Assembly: GCA_963725515.1 (NCBI GenBank)
Contig: CAVRZB010000008.1
Span: 137,791-201,790, forward strand
Direction: 5' to 3'
DNA length: 64,000 bases
From: an uncultured Solirubrobacteraceae bacterium
GTDB taxonomy: Bacteria; Actinomycetota; Thermoleophilia; Solirubrobacterales; Solirubrobacteraceae
The notes under the pieces were generated by a model. That model made no database searches, was not told the origin of the DNA, and saw only the letters and a list, made by a program, of their open reading frames with translations. This document shows positions 9,983-21,502 of this stretch, piece by piece. The translations under genes and the position numbers were made by a program. How positions within the stretch are numbered: position 1 is the first letter of the stretch; every line of letters begins with the position of its first letter.

Positions 9983-10009
9983 GGCGGGGCGGCTTTCGGC
10001 CACCCCGCC
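9983..10009 (+). terminator. GC hairpin downstream of sugar transferase 1
   Basis: ggcgggg...ccccgcc stem with inner ggc/gcc pairs; no strong U tract. Confidence 0.35.
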
Positions 10010-10080
10010 GGCCTTTCGGACGCGCGCGGCGCGCGCGTCTGCGACCGTGCCTGGGCGTCCGGGCACAGCCACCGGCGGCG

Positions 10081-10160
10081 TCTGCGCCTGACCCGTACGG
10101 GCGGGTCCGGGTGACCTGCACGGGCATCTGCGCCTGACCCGTACGGGCGGGTCCGCGTGA
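10081..10160. repeat. Two 34-bp direct repeats with internal palindrome (REP-like)
   Basis: tctgcgcctgacccgtacgggcgggtccg(g/c)gtga at 10081 and 10127; gacccg/cgggtc inverted arms; degenerate copy at 11701-11721. Confidence 0.7.
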
Positions 10161-10310
10161 CGCGGCATCGCCGGCCGGCGGGGATCGCCCCATTATCCGG
10201 AGAGAGCCCCTCACGGGCACTGGACGTTTGTCCTAGAAGCACGCTGGACGTTCGTTGGACGAAGCCGCGGCCCTAGTCGTGACGGGCGCCATGGGGTCGA
10301 TGACCAACCC

Positions 10311-11642
10311 ATGAGAAAGGTCGCCGCCCTCGCTATCGCCACCGCCGTCCTCGTCCCCGCTTCACCGGCGCTGGCCCGGGCCAAGCACCATCCCAAGGCC
10401 CGCACCCACTGCACCGTCGTCAGGCGCGCGCACCACAAGCACGGCGTCCGCGTCTGCAAGCCCATCAAGACCCACCGCCGCACCGTGCGGGCCCACACCG
10501 CGGTCGTGCGCAAGCCGCGCCACACCGCGCCGGCCACTTCCTCGACCGGCCACTCGACGACGCCGACCGTCCACGCGACTACCCCCACCGCCCCGGCGAC
10601 TACCCCCACCGCCCCCAGCCCGCACATCCTCCCGCCCGCCGGCCCCGTCCACTGCGATTTGTACGCCGCACCCTCGGGCTCCGACAGCCAGGGCGACGGA
10701 AGCCTCGCCAAGCCCTTCGCCACGGTCCGGAAGCTCGATCAGGCTCTCTCCCCCGGGCTGACCGGTTGCCTGCGCGGCGGAACCTACGGCGACACGGGCA
10801 CGTGGCACGACCTCGCCACCAATGGCACCGCGTCGGCGCGCATCACGATCACCGCCTACCCGGGTGAGTCTCCGCTCGTCAAGGGCTGGGTCCAGCTCAC
10901 CGCGTCCTACACGACGCTGTCACATCTGCAGATCGACGGATCGAACACCTTCTACACCAACCAGCGTTCCGGCACGAGTTGCCCGTATCCGGTCTCTCAG
11001 GGCCTCTCGATTGAAGGTGCGAATGACATCCTCGAGTACGACAACTACTACCAGTCAGTGGCCAGCTTGCGCGGCAACGGAATCGGTATCGGCTGGGGCG
11101 GGACGCCCGACAACACGATCATTCGGTTCAGCAAGATCCATGATGTAGGCCTCTGCCAGGACTACGACCACATCATCTATCTCGCGCACGGAAACAACGT
11201 CCAGATCTACGACAACTGGATGTGGAACGACCATCATGGCTGGGGCGTGCAGCTCTATCCCGGGCCGACCAATGCCCGGGTCTGGGGCAACGTGATCGAC
11301 AACGCCGGCGCCGGGTTCGTGATCGGCGATGAGCCGGGCTACAACGTCACCGGCAACCAGGTGTTCAACAACGTCGTCATGAACTCCGTCGGCCTGCCGA
11401 GCGGCGGCATCGGCGCCGTGGCGATCTCCGACTACTGGGGCGGCGCCAAGGGCTCGGGCAACACGTTCACCGACAACGTGTCCTACAACAACTCGGGCGG
11501 CGTCGCGCATGTGTCCAACGTGAGCGTCTCGGGCACCATCACGGCGGACCCGGGCTTCGTCGACCCGTTCAGCCACAACTACACGCTGCAGTCCGGCAGC
11601 CCGCTCTCCGGCTGGAGCATGTGGTCGGGCAACACCGCCTGA
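10311..11642 (+). CDS. Secreted right-handed beta-helix (pectin-lyase-like) protein
   Basis: Signal peptide, Pro/Thr linker, YAAPSGSDSQGDGSLAKPFATV, Asn/Gly-rich IYDN/VWGNVI/VFNNVV repeats. Confidence 0.75.
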   Translation: MRKVAALAIATAVLVPASPALARAKHHPKARTHCTVVRRAHHKHGVRVCKPIKTHRRTVRAHTAVVRKPRHTAPATSSTGHSTTPTVHATTPTAPATTPTAPSPHILPPAGPVHCDLYAAPSGSDSQGDGSLAKPFATVRKLDQALSPGLTGCLRGGTYGDTGTWHDLATNGTASARITITAYPGESPLVKGWVQLTASYTTLSHLQIDGSNTFYTNQRSGTSCPYPVSQGLSIEGANDILEYDNYYQSVASLRGNGIGIGWGGTPDNTIIRFSKIHDVGLCQDYDHIIYLAHGNNVQIYDNWMWNDHHGWGVQLYPGPTNARVWGNVIDNAGAGFVIGDEPGYNVTGNQVFNNVVMNSVGLPSGGIGAVAISDYWGGAKGSGNTFTDNVSYNNSGGVAHVSNVSVSGTITADPGFVDPFSHNYTLQSGSPLSGWSMWSGNTA

Positions 11643-12837
11643 GCCCTGTCTGCGGGTTCAGCGCCCGATAAGTCTGCATGCCGACGTCGGCGCTACGGCT
11701 CTGACCCGTTCGGGCCGATCCACTCATACACATGTCCAAGGCCGCTTCACGCGGTTCCTCTCGGGCTTTTGAACGCCGACCTTAGGCACGTGGAGCCGTA
11801 CTCGACAGACCCTCCCAGCGTGGACGATCCAGACCCCCTCATCGCGCCCGTCCCTGACCAGGCCGCTGCCAACGGCAGTGGCAGCGGCGCCGCGGGCGCC
11901 CACGGCAGTGGCCACGGCGCCGCGAGGACCGCCGGCAACGGCGCCAACGGGAACGGCAACGGCGCCGCGGCCGCCAACGGGAACGGCAACGGCACGCGCA
12001 CCAAACTTGCCCCGGCCCGAGCCCCCGTGGCCGATGCAGCCACACCGTCCGCACATGGGACGCGGGCGGTGTGGCCGTTCTTCAAGCGCGTCTTCGACAT
12101 CGTGCTCGCAGTCAGCCTGCTGATCGCCGCGCTGCCGCTGCTGATGGCGATCGCGATCGCCATCAAGCTTGACTCCTCCGGTCCGGTCTTCTTCCGCGTG
12201 CACCGCGTCGGTCACCGCGGGCGGCGACTGATGATGCTCAAGTTCCGCAAGATGCACGACGACGCGGCCGGTGGTCCGCTGACCACGGGCGGCGACCCGC
12301 GCCTCACGCGCGTCGGCAAGGTCCTCACCCACGCTCGACTCGATGAGCTCCCGCAGCTCTGGGACGTGCTATGCGGACGCATGAGCATCGTCGGGCCGCG
12401 ACCCGAGGACCCCTCGTTCGTCGCGCTTCACCCCGACGAGTACGCGCTCATCCTCACCGTCCGGCCGGGCATCACCGGCCTCTCTCAGATGGCCTACGCG
12501 GGCGAGCACGAGATCCTCGACGCCGACTCGCCGGTGGACGACTACGTCGACCGCATCCTGCCCCAGAAGCTGGGTATGGATCAGCTCTATGCTCGCCGCT
12601 CGAGCCTACGGCTCGATCTCGCCGTGCTGTATTGGACCGTGGTCACCGTGATCATGCGGCGTCCGGTTGCCGTGCACCGTGAGACCGCCAGGATGAACAT
12701 CCGCCGTCGCCGCGCCCCGCGCGCCGTGCCGGCCACCGAGGGCCTTGCCGTGGCCGGCTCCCCCGCCGTCGCCGCCCCGACTACGGCGCCCGCAACACCG
12801 GGTTCGGTCGCCGCCGGCGTGGCGACACAGGCGACGG

Positions 12838-14270
<1,433 letters not shown>

Positions 14271-14274
<4 letters not shown>

Positions 14275-15704
14275 CCCGCCCCACCTCGCCGCGGCGCGCG
14301 CCCGTCGAAGCCGATCGCTCGCTCGAGCGCGTAGGCGGCGTTCAGCAGACGATTCTCACTGAACGCCGGTCCGGCCAGCTGAAAGCCGACCGGTAGACCG
14401 TCGCTGAGCCCGGAGGGGATAGAGATCGCCGGGATGCCGGCCAGCGGCATCGGCACCGTGCAGAAGTCGTTCAGGTACATGGCCAGCGGATCATCGGTCT
14501 TGGCCCCGAGCTCGAAGGCCGTCCATGGGCTGGTCGGCGTGACGACGAAGTCGAAGCGCTCGAAGGCGGCCCGGAAGTCCTCGGCGATCTTGGTCCGCAC
14601 GCGCTGCGCGGTCCCGTAGTAGGCGTCGTAGTAGCCCGAGGACAGCGCGTACGTGCCGAGCATGATGCGGCGCTTGACCTCATCGCCGAATCCCGCCGCC
14701 CGCGTCTTTGAATACATCTCCTCGAGGCTCAGGCCGCCGTCGACCCGGAGTCCGTAGCGTACGCCGTCAAAGCGCGCGAGGTTGGCCGATGCCTCGGCCG
14801 GGGCGATCAGGTAGTAGGCCGAGAGGGCGTGGGGAGCGTGCGGCAGGCGGCACGGCTCGACCTCGGCGCCCAGCTCGAGCGCCACGGCCAGCGCTTCCTC
14901 GAAGCTCGCGCGGACGCCCGGCTCGATGCCATCGCCGGCGAGCTCCTCCGGCACCCCGAATCGCACCCCCTTCAGATGCTCGAGCGTCGGCGTCTCGATC
15001 GGTTCGGGGAACGGCACCGAGGTCGAGTCGCGGCGGTCGTGTCCCACCATGTACCTGAGCAGCAGGGCGGCGTCGCTGACATCCCGGGTGAGCGGCCCGG
15101 CCTGATCGAGTGAGGAGGCGAACGCGATCATGCCGAACCGTGAGCAGGCACCGTAAGTTGGCTTCAGGCCGACGACGCCGCAGAGCGCCGCGGGCTGGCG
15201 GATCGAGCCTCCGGTGTCGGTCCCGATGGCCCACGGAGCGAGCCCGGCGGCCACGGCGGCGGCGCTCCCGCCGGACGAGCCACCGGGCACCCGCGAGCGG
15301 TCCCAGGGGTTGAGCACCGGACCGTAACCCGAGTTCTCGTTCGAGGAGCCCATGGCGAATTCGTCCTGGTTCGTCTTGGCCAGCAGTGGTGCCCCGGCCT
15401 GCCCGAGCCGCTCGACAACACCGGCGGTGTAGGGCGGCCGGTAGCCCTCGAGGATCCGCGATCCGGCCTGGCTGGGGACGCCCTGGGTGCAGAACAGGTC
15501 CTTGACGGCCAGGGGCACCCCGCCGAGCGGCGCGTCGCGGGCGGGCGCGTCGGGTGGCGCTCCGTCGGCGACCCAGAGCACGGCATTCAGCTCATCGGCG
15601 CCGGCGCGAGCCCGGTAGGCCTCGAACAGTTCGGCTGGGTCAAGCTCGCCGCTCCGGACGGCGGCGGCCGCGGCCGCCGCCGTCAGCTCGATCAGCTCGC
15701 TCAT
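14271..15704 (-). CDS. gatA: Amidotransferase subunit A
   Basis: [49 protein letters not shown]. Confidence 0.97.
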
Positions 15705-15997
15705 GACTCGGCCGACGGACCGGGACTCGGCACGCCGAAGCCACCCTCGACCGGCTCCGGAGCCGAGGCCAGGGCGACGTCGCGGTCCAGCGAGGGCACG
15801 GGCTCGTCGGGCCGCAGCGCGTTGACGACATCCAGAACATGCGTCGTCGGCGGCACGTCCGCGAGGTCGAGCTCGCGGATCTTGTCGATGTGGTCGAGCA
15901 CCTTGGACAGCTCGCTGGCCATCTTCTCGAGCTCCGGCTCCGTGAGCTCGAGCCTGGCCAGGCGGGCCACGTGCAGTACCTGGTCGCGGTCGAGCAT
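15701..15997 (-). CDS. gatC: Amidotransferase subunit C
   Basis: [24 protein letters not shown] overlap with gatA. Confidence 0.95.
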   Translation of the reverse strand: MLDRDQVLHVARLARLELTEPELEKMASELSKVLDHIDKIRELDLADVPPTTHVLDVVNALRPDEPVPSLDRDVALASAPEPVEGGFGVPSPGPSAES

Positions 15998-16036
15998 CGT
16001 GCGGCTGATTCTAGGAAGGGTGGCGAGGAAGGGTCG

Positions 16037-16537
16037 TCAGGAAGGATCGGACGGAACTTCACGTCCGCCCGGTCCGTCCCCGATGACGACCGTTTCGATC
16101 TGTGTCCTGGCGTCCGTGGACGAGAGTCCCTCGGCGCGCATCGACAGGTAGCCGCCGTAGACGATGCCGACCGCGCACAGCAGCCCCAGATACGCGCCCG
16201 CCTTCTGCCCGACGACGTCATCCGGGCCGGGCTCGTTGATCAGCACGCGGTAGATGAGCATCAGCACGAGCAGCACCGCCGCCGTCGTGACCAGCACGCT
16301 GAAGGTGACGGGCCACGCCGGCGAACGGCGGCTGACCTGCAGGTAGGCCAGCGCGAACGCGAGCAGGATCGTCGCCAGCATCACCCAGCGCAGAATGCTC
16401 AGCGCATGCCAGGCGTTGACTGCGGCCACGCCATCCGCGCCGTACCACTTCAACAGAAACATGACGGCCAGCAGCGCCAGGGCGCTGCTGGCCGCGATCA
16501 ACTCACCACGGCGAAGCCGCGAGAAGTCGAGATCCAT
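16037..16537 (-). CDS. Uncharacterised 4-TM membrane protein
   Basis: Hydrophobic segments, FLLKWY...NAW...GAYLG. Confidence 0.7.
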   Translation of the reverse strand: MDLDFSRLRRGELIAASSALALLAVMFLLKWYGADGVAAVNAWHALSILRWVMLATILLAFALAYLQVSRRSPAWPVTFSVLVTTAAVLLVLMLIYRVLINEPGPDDVVGQKAGAYLGLLCAVGIVYGGYLSMRAEGLSSTDARTQIETVVIGDGPGGREVPSDPS

Positions 16538-16543
16538 CCTCGC

Positions 16544-16996
16544 TCAGGCGAGCGGGGCGGGCGTGTTGAGCGCCGGGGCCGTACGCAGCCGGGCGGCGAA
16601 CACGACCAGGGCTGCGGCCAGGATGATCCCGAGCCAGAAGCCGATACCGAACAGGTCGAAGTGGATGTGGAAGAGGAACTTCAGCGCCACGAACCCTGCG
16701 GCGGCCGCCGAGAGAATGAAGCGCGTTTGCCCCCGGCTGCCGCCGATGGCCGGAACCTGGGTCTGGGGCGAGAATCGCTCGATGCCTAGGTCGACGATCA
16801 CGGCGATGGCAGCCAGCGCGGCGAGGATGCCGAGCCAGCCATCAGGGGTGTCCGTTGCCGGGAAGGTGGCCGAGGCCGAGAACGCCCCAGCGCTCACGGT
16901 TATGTCGAACCACGGCAGGAAGAACAGGTCGATCACCAGCAGCAGCGCGATCCCACCAAGGATCCAATCGTCCCGCGATACGTTGTCTACGTTCAT
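16544..16996 (-). CDS. Uncharacterised 4-TM membrane protein (related to 16037-16537)
   Basis: GGAG-like SD upstream, FFLPWF...GFWLG. Confidence 0.7.
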   Translation of the reverse strand: MNVDNVSRDDWILGGIALLLVIDLFFLPWFDITVSAGAFSASATFPATDTPDGWLGILAALAAIAVIVDLGIERFSPQTQVPAIGGSRGQTRFILSAAAAGFVALKFLFHIHFDLFGIGFWLGIILAAALVVFAARLRTAPALNTPAPLA

Positions 16997-17168
16997 TTAG
17001 CCCCTCCGCTAATAGTGACAGGCCGTTGCTGGTACTCGGGCCTAGCGCAACCTTATTCGATCGCGCCGACACCAGCCGGGTACCACCTCGGTTTCTCGAC
17101 CTTTGTACGACAAATCGGCGGTATTTCCTTGTTTTGAGCCGTTCTGGCTGGACGTGCGACCGATGTGG

Positions 17169-18029
17169 CTACGCGGCCCGCTCCGCCTGCCGGGCGGCCG
17201 CAGTCAGCGTGTTGCGCAGCAACATGGCGATCGTCATCGGCCCGACCCCACCCGGAACGGGCGTGATCAGCCGGGCGCGCCGCGCGGCGGCATCGAAATC
17301 GACGTCGCCGAGCAGACCATCGTTGGTGCGGTTCATGCCCACGTCGATCACCACTGCGCCCTCCTTGACGTGGCCCGGCCCGATGAGCTGCGGAACGCCG
17401 ACGGCGGCGATCAGCACGTCGCCCTCGGCACACACGCTCTCCAGATGGCGGGTCCGGGAATGACAGATGGTCACGGTGGAATTGCGCTGGAGCAGCAGCG
17501 CGGCCACCGGCTTGCCGACCAGATCCGAGCGGCCCACCACGACCGCTCGGGCCCCCTCGAGCTCGACCTCGTAGGAGTCGAGCAGCTCGATGACCCCGAG
17601 CGGCGTGCACGGCCGGAGCCCCGGCGACCCCTGCACGAGCAGGCCGGCGCTGATCGGCGTCAGGCCGTCGACGTCCTTGGCCGGCGCGATCTGCGCCGTC
17701 AGAGCTGCCCCGTCAAGTCCGCGCGGGACGGGTAGCTGGAGCAGGATTCCGCTGACCTCGGGGTCGTGGTTGGCCTCATCGATGGCCGCGGATACCTGCT
17801 CGAAGGAGGCGCGCTCTTCCAGATGGCGGTGACGGTCGGCGATCCCGACTTCCGCGCACGCCTTGCGCTTGTTGGCCACGTAGATTGCCGACGCGGGGTC
17901 GTCCCCCACGAGGATCGTGGCCAACCCGGGTGAGCGCCCCGTGCTGGCCTCCAATTCGCTCACCTCGCGCGCGACGCCGGCGCGCACGCGGTTGGCCACT
18001 TCGCGACCGTCGATGATCTGAGCCGTCAT
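17169..18029 (-). CDS. folD: Methylenetetrahydrofolate dehydrogenase/cyclohydrolase
   Basis: LATILVGDDPASAIYV, KDVDGL, PCTPLG, VGRSDLVGKP, TPVPGGVGPMTIAML. Confidence 0.97.
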   Translation of the reverse strand: MTAQIIDGREVANRVRAGVAREVSELEASTGRSPGLATILVGDDPASAIYVANKRKACAEVGIADRHRHLEERASFEQVSAAIDEANHDPEVSGILLQLPVPRGLDGAALTAQIAPAKDVDGLTPISAGLLVQGSPGLRPCTPLGVIELLDSYEVELEGARAVVVGRSDLVGKPVAALLLQRNSTVTICHSRTRHLESVCAEGDVLIAAVGVPQLIGPGHVKEGAVVIDVGMNRTNDGLLGDVDFDAAARRARLITPVPGGVGPMTIAMLLRNTLTAAARQAERAA

Positions 18030-18106
18030 GCCCCGGGACGCTAGATCATCGTGCTTCCCAAGTGCGGGCCGGCCCCCGCCTCCGGCGCTTGGCCTACGCT
18101 CTGGCC

Positions 18107-18865
18107 GTGGATCTCAACTACGTCAGGGAAGGCGCCGGAGACCCACTGCTGCTCGTGCACCCGCTCGGCGGCACACTGACCCTGTGGCGCCCGGTGATCC
18201 CGCTGCTGGCCCGGCACCGCGACGTCATCGCCGTCGACATGCCCGGCTTCGGCGGCTCCGAGCCGCTGCGCAACGGCGTCCCCCCCAGTCCGGCCGGCCT
18301 CGCGGCCACCCTAGCCGCGTTCTGCGCCGATCTCGGCATCGAGCGTCCGCACGTGGCCGGCAACTCGCTCGGCGGCTGGGTCGCGCTCGAGATGGCCAAG
18401 GCCAGGGCTGCACGGTCGGTGACGGGCATCTCGCCCGCCGGGCTGTGGCGCAACCCGCTGGGCCCACGGCGCCGCGACAGCCACGAGCTCGGCCGCCGTC
18501 TGCGCTCCGTCGTGCACGGTCTCATGCGCACGCGCCACGGTCGGCAGATGGTTCTCGGCGGCGTCTTCGCCCAGCCCGGGCTGATCCCGGCCCCAGAGGC
18601 GCGGGGCATCGTCGATGGGTATCTCGACTCCGCGGGCTACGCCGAGGCCAACTGTGAGATGCGGGCCGCCGTGTTCGAAGACGAGGGGCGGCTCACGGTG
18701 CCCGTGACGATCGCCTGGGGACAGCGCGACCGTGTCGTCGGGCGTCCTAGCCGCTCCCGGCTGCCGCCGGGTGCGCGCTACGTCGAGATGCCCACGTGGG
18801 GTCACGTCCCGATGTGGGACGACCCGGCGGGCGTGACCCGCCTGCTGCTCGAGAGCTCCGCCTAG
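18107..18865 (+). CDS. Alpha/beta hydrolase
   Basis: AVDMPGFG, VAGNSLGG nucleophile elbow, GHVPMWDDP. GTG 18107 is 6 nt after a TACGCT -10. Confidence 0.85.
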   Translation: MDLNYVREGAGDPLLLVHPLGGTLTLWRPVIPLLARHRDVIAVDMPGFGGSEPLRNGVPPSPAGLAATLAAFCADLGIERPHVAGNSLGGWVALEMAKARAARSVTGISPAGLWRNPLGPRRRDSHELGRRLRSVVHGLMRTRHGRQMVLGGVFAQPGLIPAPEARGIVDGYLDSAGYAEANCEMRAAVFEDEGRLTVPVTIAWGQRDRVVGRPSRSRLPPGARYVEMPTWGHVPMWDDPAGVTRLLLESSA

Positions 18866-19575
18866 ACGACTTCGAGGCCGAACTCGGTCGGCCGGAGCTC
18901 GAGGGCCTGCATGGCCCGCTCGTACTCCTGGAAGGTCCCGATGTCGTACCACTCCGCCTCGGTGCGGAAGGCCGCGACTCGCTGGCCGGCTTCGATCAGT
19001 CTCAGCACGAGATCGGGGAACTGGCACGGTCCGTCGGGAAGATAGGCGAGGACCTCGGGCTCATAGACGTAGATGCCCATGCTGACCTCGTAGTTCAGCG
19101 ACGGCTTCTCGAGATAGCCCGTGATGAACCCACCCTCACTCTCGATCACGCCGAGGTCGATGTCGACGCGCTTGCGGTGCATCGCCACGGTCAGCACGGC
19201 GTCCTGGGCGCGGTGGTAATCGACGAGCTCGCGGTAGTCGAGCGTGGTCAACACGTCGCCGTTCATGGCGATGAAGGTGCTGTCGAGGCCGGTCACCGTG
19301 CGCAGCGCACCGGCTGTACCCAGCGGCTCGTTCTCCCAGTGCCACTTGAGCTGCAGGTTGCCGGGGAGCTTGCCGTCCTGGGAGAAGTAGAGGCGGATCA
19401 GCTCCCCGAGGTGGCCGACACAGATATCGGCCGTCTCGACGCCGCAGCTCGCGAGGCGGACCAGGATGTGCTCGAGAATCGGCCGATCGCCCACCGGCAC
19501 GAGTGGCTTGGGCAGGATCGTCGTGTAGGGCCGCAGGCGCATTCCGAGGCCTCCGGCGAGGATCACAGCTCTCAT
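18862..19575 (-). CDS. Sugar-phosphate nucleotidyltransferase
   Basis: AVILAGGLGMRLRPYT..PKPL, EPLGTAGAL, MNGD, WYDIGT. Confidence 0.92.
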   Translation of the reverse strand: MRAVILAGGLGMRLRPYTTILPKPLVPVGDRPILEHILVRLASCGVETADICVGHLGELIRLYFSQDGKLPGNLQLKWHWENEPLGTAGALRTVTGLDSTFIAMNGDVLTTLDYRELVDYHRAQDAVLTVAMHRKRVDIDLGVIESEGGFITGYLEKPSLNYEVSMGIYVYEPEVLAYLPDGPCQFPDLVLRLIEAGQRVAAFRTEAEWYDIGTFQEYERAMQALELRPTEFGLEVV

Positions 19576-20564
19576 ATGACGTACTCCTCAGTCCGGTAGC
19601 GGTGGGCGTTGTCCTGTATCCACTCGACCGTCCGCTCGAGGCCCTCGCGCAGGCTCACAGACGGAGTCCACCCGAGCAGGGTGCGGGCGAGCTCGGGCTC
19701 GGAGAGGAGCAGCTGGACCTCGCTGCGCTCGGGGCGCACGCGGGCCTCATCGAGCTCGGTGTGCAACTCCTTGCCCAGGATCTCCCCGATCATCGCGACT
19801 ATCTCGCCCACGGACACGGCGTGGCCGGTGCCGAGCTGGATTGTCCGTCCGACGGCCTCCGGCGTCACGGCGGCGGCCACCATCCCGGCCACCGTGTCGC
19901 CCACGTAGGTCAGGTCGCGGCGCGGATGCAGCGAGCCCAGCCGCAGCGTGTCCCCCTTCAGCGCCTGGCTGATGATCGTCGGGGTTATGGCACGCGCCGA
20001 TTGGCGCGGGCCGTAGGTGTTGAAGGGTCGCAGAACGGTCACGGGCAGTTCGAAGGAGCGGTGCCAGCTGTCCATCAGCTTGTCCGCGGCCAGTTTGCTG
20101 GCCGCATACGGCGATTGGGGCTCGAGAGGGTGCGTTTCAGTTATCGGCACGGTCTGCGCGCTTCCATAGACCTCACTGGTCGAGGTGTGCACGACGCGCT
20201 CGACGCCGGCGCCGAGCGCGGCCTGCGCCACGTTGAGCGTCCCGAGCACATTGACCTCGAAGAAGTCGCGCGGATTGACGTACGAGTACGGAATTGCGAT
20301 CTGTGCCCCGAGATGCAGCACGAACTCGGTTCCCGAGACCGCGCGCGACACCGATTCGATATCGCGCAGCTCGCCGAGCACCACCTCGACCTCGGCCGCG
20401 ATCTCCGGTTCGATCCAGTCGAGCGTGCCCCGCTGATTGCGCGAGTTGTAACGAACGAGGCCCCGCACACGCGCGCCGTCCGTGACGAGCCGAGATACGA
20501 GGTGCCCCCCAATGAAACCGCCGGCGCCGGTGACGAGGACCGATCGCCCTTGAAGTGATGCCAT
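19572..20564 (-). CDS. NAD-dependent NDP-sugar epimerase/4,6-dehydratase
   Basis: VTGAGGFIG, TSTSEVYG, SPYAASK, RPFNTYGPRQ. Confidence 0.92.
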   Translation of the reverse strand: MASLQGRSVLVTGAGGFIGGHLVSRLVTDGARVRGLVRYNSRNQRGTLDWIEPEIAAEVEVVLGELRDIESVSRAVSGTEFVLHLGAQIAIPYSYVNPRDFFEVNVLGTLNVAQAALGAGVERVVHTSTSEVYGSAQTVPITETHPLEPQSPYAASKLAADKLMDSWHRSFELPVTVLRPFNTYGPRQSARAITPTIISQALKGDTLRLGSLHPRRDLTYVGDTVAGMVAAAVTPEAVGRTIQLGTGHAVSVGEIVAMIGEILGKELHTELDEARVRPERSEVQLLLSEPELARTLLGWTPSVSLREGLERTVEWIQDNAHRYRTEEYVI

Positions 20565-20664
20565 CTGCGATAAGTATCGCGGCTGCGCCTGTCGGATGAC
20601 GCGCCGGCGACTGCAGGCAGACCTGCGTCCCCGAGCGTGCCCGCGCGTTAACCTACATCTGGGC

Positions 20665-21495
20665 ATGTTGGGCACCGGAATCCTGCACTCGTTTCACACC
20701 AACGGTGGCGCTCCGCCCAGCGGCCTCACGCCCGAGCAGGCGCAGGCGCGCGCCTCAGAGGCGGCTTGGAGCTCGGGCGAGCATGTGGCTACCTACGCCA
20801 ATCGCGAGCTTCGCCCCGCCGAGGTCATGCTGCTGGTTCGGTATCGCGACGCGCTGGGCGGCCGCGTGCTCGAGGTCGGGTGCGGCGCCGGGCGGGTCAC
20901 GGGCTATCTGGTGGCGCTCGGCGGCGAAGTTCACGGCCTCGACGTGTCCTCCACGATGGTCGAGCACTGCGCCGCGACCTACCCGGCCGGCACGTTCAGC
21001 CAGGGCGACATGCGGGATCTGTCGGCCTTCGAACCCGGCTTCTTCGATGTGGTCGTGGCGGCCTACGCCGTTCTCGACGTCGTCAACGATGCCGAGCGCC
21101 GCCAGGCCCTCGGCGAAATCCATCGCGTGCTCGCCCCCGACGGGCTGCTGATCATGTCCTCCCACAACCGCGCCTTCAAGATCAGCGGCCCGGTCGGCAC
21201 GGGTCGTGGCCTGATCGGCACCGCGCTCGATCTTCGCCGCGCGCCCAGGCGGCTGCACAATCGGCGCTCCCTGCGCCGCTACGAGCTGCAGCGTCCCGGC
21301 TACGCGATCCTCAACGACAGCGCGCACGACTACTCGGTGCTCCACTACTACATCACGCGCGACGCCGAGCAGCGCCAGCTCGCCGAGCTCGGGTTTGAGC
21401 TGATCGAGTGCACCGACCTCGACGGGCGACCGGTGGCCTCAGGCGAAAGCGCGCCCGAGCATCCCGAGTTGCACTACGTCGCCCGGCGACGCTGA
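20665..21495 (+). CDS. Class I SAM-dependent methyltransferase
   Basis: VLEVGCGAGR, GLDVSSTM, GDMRDL, RVLAPDG. Start uncertain. Confidence 0.82.
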   Translation: MLGTGILHSFHTNGGAPPSGLTPEQAQARASEAAWSSGEHVATYANRELRPAEVMLLVRYRDALGGRVLEVGCGAGRVTGYLVALGGEVHGLDVSSTMVEHCAATYPAGTFSQGDMRDLSAFEPGFFDVVVAAYAVLDVVNDAERRQALGEIHRVLAPDGLLIMSSHNRAFKISGPVGTGRGLIGTALDLRRAPRRLHNRRSLRRYELQRPGYAILNDSAHDYSVLHYYITRDAEQRQLAELGFELIECTDLDGRPVASGESAPEHPELHYVARRR

Positions 21496-21502
21496 GACCG
21501 AC

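Noticed and set aside
10081-10160. Repeats as a mini-CRISPR
   Set aside because: Only two full units, a 12-nt spacer and no cas genes
16997-17168. Relatively AT-rich intergenic region as a possible tRNA/sRNA
   Set aside because: No cloverleaf, T-loop or known RNA motif recognised; most simply a promoter region
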